Source: Mesotaenium endlicherianum (lineage: Eukaryota). Taken from it: a DNA stretch of 38,648 bases. Both the position numbers and the translations under genes were made by a program. The stretch is taken from assembly GCA_009602735.1 (NCBI GenBank), contig WELA01002665.1, positions 321,328 to 359,975 on the forward strand, read 5' to 3'. Position 1 is the first letter of the stretch. The number at the start of each line of letters is the position of its first letter. The notes beneath the pieces are model-generated. The model did no database searches. It was not told the DNA's origin and worked only from the letters and a program-made list of their open reading frames with translations. This document shows positions 33,683 through 38,648 of the stretch, piece after piece.

Positions 33683-34451
33683 TCACCCCCCCGACAGAAA
33701 AAGCGACGTCTCGACGCGTCAAGTAAGGTCTTACACATGTGGTGCAGACTAGTCAACAGCTTCAAGTCAGATGCCACACATGTGAAGAGGATTAGTCCAA
33801 GGCGCCAAGTCAGGTGCTACACATGTAAGGTGGACTAGGCAAGGTCGTGGGTGGTGTGACCTTATTGGCTAGCCTACTCCTTCATGATAAAGAAAATTGT
33901 ACAAGTTGGCCCAAAATCTGCCACAAATTCAAAAACTCATAGCGGCCACAGAACTGCTCCAAATCTGAAAATTTGAGTGCCAGACGGGATACGTTGGAGA
34001 ACTCTACCAGGTCACCAAATTTGAGAGCATCCTAATCTCTGGACTGTCGTATAGAGCTGAGAGAGTAGGCACTCCTCCAAATCTGTGCAGAAACTTCTGA
34101 AAATCATTAGTCCTTCTATGCTTCTCCAAATTCTGCAAATTAAGTCTCATACTAGGCGCTGTAAGATGTTCTACCAGAGTCTTGAGTTTCAGAGCATTCC
34201 AAGTTCAGGGGAGGGCACAATGTCAGAAGGCATATTCTGCCCTAACAATGCCAGCAGCCTGACCCCCTTCTACTTAGAGCATCATATCTCTCTCCACAGT
34301 GCTCCAAATTAAGCAAACTTGGACTCTAAATGACCGGCTACTCATGGACTACAGCCAAGTAAATTTTCAGAATTTATTATGCAGAGACCTATCACCAGTA
34401 GCAGTTTTAGTTTTCTGTCCAGAAACTGCGAGAAGAGAAGAGTGTCTAATG

Positions 34452-37400
34452 TCAATTTTTCTTCTTTCTTGTTCTTGCAGGCTGCCTCCAAGGGGTCTTC
34501 TGCTGCTCCTTGATGGTGGCAAGCTGCCTCCCTGAAGTCTCCGGGCTTCTAGTAGAGAGACTTGGGGCTGGTCCAAGATGGGGGTTGGCGGTATGGAAGC
34601 GCTTCAACTTTCGTTGAACTTTGTCAAGGTAGTGCGCCGCCACCCAACTATTCTCCGAATCTGGATATCCTTTCCACTTGATCAAGTATTGCTGCTGTCT
34701 CCTGAAATTTCTCATAGCCACTATGTCTTCCACTTCGTACTCCAAATGATCATCCACTATTGTTGGGGCTGGTGGGGTTGTCACACGTCCTGGGAACTTG
34801 TTGTCGGGTTGCACATATGGCTTGAAGAGGGAAGCGTGGAATACGGGGTCGATGTGCATAGTCTGGGGAAGTTCTAGCTTGAAAGCAACGGGGTTGACTT
34901 GCTGGATAATCTTGAAGGGTCCCAAATACTTGGGAGAGAACTTGCTGCCGGCAGGCCTGTTGTTCAGGGAAATGTTCTTGGATGATAGTAACACGTTGTC
35001 ACCCACTCTGTACGTAATTTCTCTTCTGGATCTGTTCGCCACTCTTGCTTGAGCATCTTGCGCGTGTTGTAGAGCTTTCTTCGCTGCTGTAAGGGCTGCT
35101 TCTAATGTCTCCATAAAATCTGTGGCTGCAGGTACTTCATCATGGCCAGCCGTGAAGCTCAGTGGCGTGGTCGGATGGAAGCCATAGTTGAGGAAGAATG
35201 GGGACTCTTGGGTAGAGGCCTGCGTAGTGTTGTTGTAGGCAAACTCGAGGGGGGTCAAGTACATGTCCCAGTCTTGCTCGAGGGTAGACACGTAGGCCTT
35301 TAGAGAGGTCTTTAGGGTACGATTCATACGCTCGGTTTGCCCATCTGATTGTGGGTGGTAGGCAGTAGACATATCCAGCGATGTACCCAAGTTCTTGAAG
35401 AGATTTTTCCAGAAATGGCTTGTGAATCTTGGATCTCTTTGTGACACAATTCTTGATGGTAGTTCATGGAGTCGGAAGATGTTGTCAAAGATGAGTCTTG
35501 CAAGTTGTGGTGCTGTAGCCTTAGTCGTCGTGGGAATAAAATGAGCCATCTTAGTAAGTCTGTCCACCACCGTGAGTATTGCATTATGGCCTCGAGGTGT
35601 CACGGGCAAGTCCACGATAAGGTCCATTGAGATGTCCGTCCATTGTCTTTCGGGGATTGGTAGTGGTTAGAGGAGTCCTCCCGCCTTTTGCGATGATGGC
35701 TTGATTCTTTGGCATGTGTCACAGCTCCTGCAGTATTCCTTGACTTGCTAAGACATGCCTGGCCAGCAATAAGTCCTGGCTAGAACGCCCGTGGTCCTTA
35801 GGATTCCAAAGTGTCCTCCAAGAGAGTTGTCGTGTGCTTCTCGTAGAAGCAAGAGCCGGAGGTACAAGTCATTAGGAACACATCTCTGGCCCGTATCTTG
35901 CCTCACCCAATAATTGCCTTCTTGCTTCTTGTATGGGTCCAAGGCTGCTTCTCCGTTCTTGTAGTAAGGGTCTCTTTCATAAGAGGCTGAAAATCGAGCT
36001 TCCAGATCTGTCTTTAGCGATGTCATCACTGCGTTTAATTGCAGTCTTGAGAGGGGGTCAGCCGGGTTTGTCTTGCCGGGCTGGTACTGAATCGTGATGT
36101 TGTATTGTTGCAAGTATCCGCTCCATCTTGCTTGTCTCCTTGAGAGATACGGCTGCGTCTGGAGGTGCTTTAACGCCTCGTGGTCCGTGGTGACCAGTAC
36201 CTTGCGTCCTTCAACGTAGCAGCGCCAAACCTTCAAGGCATGTACAATCGCCAATGCCTCTCGCTCCGTGGTTGTATAATTTTGCTCGGCTGGATTTAGC
36301 TTCCTTGACTCGTAGGCGATGGGCTGCAGTCCTTGGCCTTGGTCTTGAAGCAGGATTGCTCCTATTGCATAGGAAGATGCATCTGTGATGACGTGGAAGG
36401 GCCAATATGAGTTTGGACTTGGGAGTGTGAGCACCAAGGATGTGGTCAATCTTCGCTTTAACTCTTGAAATACCTCTTCCTCTTTCTCGGTCCATGTATA
36501 TAGCCTGTCCTTCTTGAGTAGATTTGTCAGGGGGGCTGCTATGTGCAAGATGCCTTGGATGAATTTCCTGTACCAATTGGCAAATCCCAAGAATGACTGG
36601 AGTTCTTTCTTGGTCGTGGGGGTTGGCCATTCCTCCACCACCGTGGTCTTCTTGGGGTCCATCTTGATGCCATCAGCAGTCACGTGGAGACCTAGGAACT
36701 CCACTTCTTGTTTGGCAAACTCGCACTTTGACTCCTTTGCAAATAGCTTGTTTTGCTTCAATACTTCAAGGACTTCTTTCAAGTGTCTCGCATGCTCTTC
36801 AAGGGTCTTGCTGTAGATAAGGATGTCATCGATGAATACCACCACAAACCTGTCCAACATGGGCTGAAATATGGTGTTGATCATAGTCATGAAAGTTGCT
36901 GGCGCATTGGTGAGTCCAAATGGCAGGACCATGAACTCAAAATGTCCATATCTTGTCCTGAATGCCGTCTTCTCTATGTCCGGTTCTGCGATGCGAATCT
37001 GGTGGTAGCCGCTCCGTAAGTCAATCTTCGTGAAGTACTTGGCTCCAACCAGCCGGTCCATGAGCTCATCCATGCGCGGCAGCGGGTATCGATTCTTGAT
37101 GGTGATCTTGTTGAGGGCGCGATAGTCCACACACATCCTCAAGGTACCATCTTTCTTCTTGACAAATAGCACCGGGGCTCCAAATGGCGACTTGCTAGGT
37201 CGAATGAAGCCATGCTCCAGTAGCTCCTTGATTTGCTTCTTGACTTCGTCTAGCTCCGTGTATGACATTTTGAACGTAGGCCGAGAGATGGGCTTGCTTC
37301 CGGGCTCCAACTCTATCTTGTGGTCTACGAATCTTTTGGGGGGTAGGCCCTTGGGCAATTCCGGGGAGAACACTTCTTTGTAGTCCTCTAAGACTTCTTG

Positions 37401-38114
37401 TATCTCCTTGGGAACGGGGCTGCCTTCTTGACTCTCGATGTCTTTCTTGATGTCTTTTGGCGTGATCAAGGCCAAAAGAAGCTCGTGTCCCTTCCTCAAA
37501 AGTCTCTTGAGTTGGAGGGCGGATAATAGTATCTCGTGTGCCGGCTTCTCGATGTCTTGGGTCTGGATATTCTGGATTGCGCGCAAAATACAGATTCTTG
37601 AAGTGATGTCATTCTTGATCTTGATAGTACCGGTCCTCCAATCAACTTGGGGGTTGTGCTTGGTCAACCAAGGCGTCCCTAGGATGACGTCGTACTTGCC
37701 CAATTGCATGGGGGAGAACACTACTCTATCCTTGAAGGACTTGATAGAGAGTGCCAAGGGGTACGTCTTCTTGGAAGGGGTAGTATAGGAGAATCCATCG
37801 GGCATCATAATCTCCTCGTCGTGGTCAAGAGTTCGCATAGTAATACCGTGCTTGGTGGCAAAATCTGCAGCAATGAAGTTGCCTTGAGCTCCGCTATCCA
37901 CCAAGATGTGGACCTTCTCTCCTCCAAGGTAACCTCTCAAACTCATTGGGGCTGGAACGTCGTCTTCAACGGGAGTCTCCACCTCACTTGGCTTGTTGTC
38001 TTCTCGTGAAGTGGGTCTTGGGGTGGTAGGCTCCTGGCCTACCGGCACTGTCCATTTGACAACTTTTTGGGGCATGACAGTGCACGATGGCCCTTTTCCG
38101 TGCAATAAAAGCAT
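34452..38114 (-). pseudogene. pol: pol of element B, intact apart from one TAG at 35748-35750
   Basis: [12 protein letters not shown] (protease); [20 protein letters not shown] (RT); [12 protein letters not shown] (RNase H); [11 protein letters not shown]...CDTCQ, MDLIVDLP, YHPQSDGQTERMNR, YLGPF (integrase); EYEVEDIV...YLIKWKGYPDSENSW (chromodomain). ORFs 35748-38114 and 34452-35627 are in one frame. Confidence 0.93.
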
Positions 38115-38648
38115 AGTCCAGCCGTCATGAGAGCTTCTTTTTCAGCCGGGGAGAGTCTTGCTTTCACTCCTTGCTGGTTTCTTGCATCATAAGTGTCATT
38201 GGAGGGTCTTCCACTCTTTCGGGCAGCCGCGGGGTCCCTTTTAATAGCTCCGATGTCCATGGGTGTGGGCCAGATTAAGATGTGGAAGGGGCTGCGTACA
38301 CCCGCGTCGCCGGAACCCGTGAAGATGGAGGCACGGAGTGCTTGAAATCCAAGGTATCCACCTTTTGGGCCAGTTCAATGATCCTTGAGAAGTCCGTCAA
38401 GTCGCGTAATTCCACTTCCTTTGCCACCCTGGGCTTGAGGCCAAAGATGTAGCGATCAATCTTCTCCTCGAGAGACATTTTGGGGATCTCAAGAGTGAGG
38501 GCGTGAATTCTGGATGTATACTCTTGAACGGACGTCGTTTGCTTTAGATGGTGGAGCTTTCCTCGGGCAATCTTCTCCGCATTGATGGGCATGAATTGCT
38601 TCTTGAGGGCCTCACGAAAATCTGCCCATCTTGCATATGATGGTGGGG
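38039..38648 (-). pseudogene. gag: 3' part of gag of element B (stop and 1-nt frameshift near 38270)
   Basis: LKQTTSVQEYTSR...YIFGLKPRV, PTPMDIG and the CCHC knuckle [14 protein letters not shown]. Overlaps the pol frame. Confidence 0.85.

Larger units (their letters stand above)
33099..38648 (-). mobile_element. Ty3/Gypsy chromovirus LTR retrotransposon 'B' (different family), 5' part outside window
   Basis: gag ([14 protein letters not shown]), pol with PR-RT-RH-IN-chromodomain, PPT GGGGGGGTGA at 33692-33683 followed by TGTAGTG (start of 3' LTR). Similarity to family-A pol stops abruptly at about 33098. Confidence 0.92.

Noticed and set aside
38040..38080. -1 frameshift slippery site between gag and pol of element B
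   Set aside because: The frames overlap in the -1 sense, but I could not find a correctly phased X XXY YYZ heptamer.

Overview
Eukaryotic nuclear DNA, most likely a green plant or streptophyte alga (inferred from GT-AG introns full of CA/CT microsatellites, GC-rich exons, plant-type CCCTAAA remnants, chromoviruses and plant-like gene families). The left 21 kb is genic. It holds the 3' six exons of an acid/triacylglycerol lipase (AB-hydrolase) with a long Ala/Pro/Gly-rich C-terminal extension (+, 901-6045), a complete 6-exon classical short-chain dehydrogenase/reductase (+, 9817-15985, 272 aa), and an intronless CAMK-group, PEPKR/CDPK-related Ser/Thr kinase with a large insert and a ~550-aa low-complexity tail (-, 17947-20661). 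The right 16 kb is a nest of decayed Ty3/Gypsy chromovirus LTR retrotransposons. Element A (-, 23174-31550) has gag, pol with a chromodomain, a PBS and a PPT, and is flanked on both sides by outward-pointing pol fragments of its own family. Element B (-, ~33099 to beyond the window end) is inserted into the right-hand fragment. The most novel-looking signal is a third gene inside element A between pol and the 3' LTR. It is a non-env ORF of about 545 codons with its own canonical 111-nt intron (GTAAG...TACTAAC...TGCAG), bracketed by two identical 13-bp PPT-core sequences. All calls were made by eye from the sequence and motif knowledge; no searches were run.
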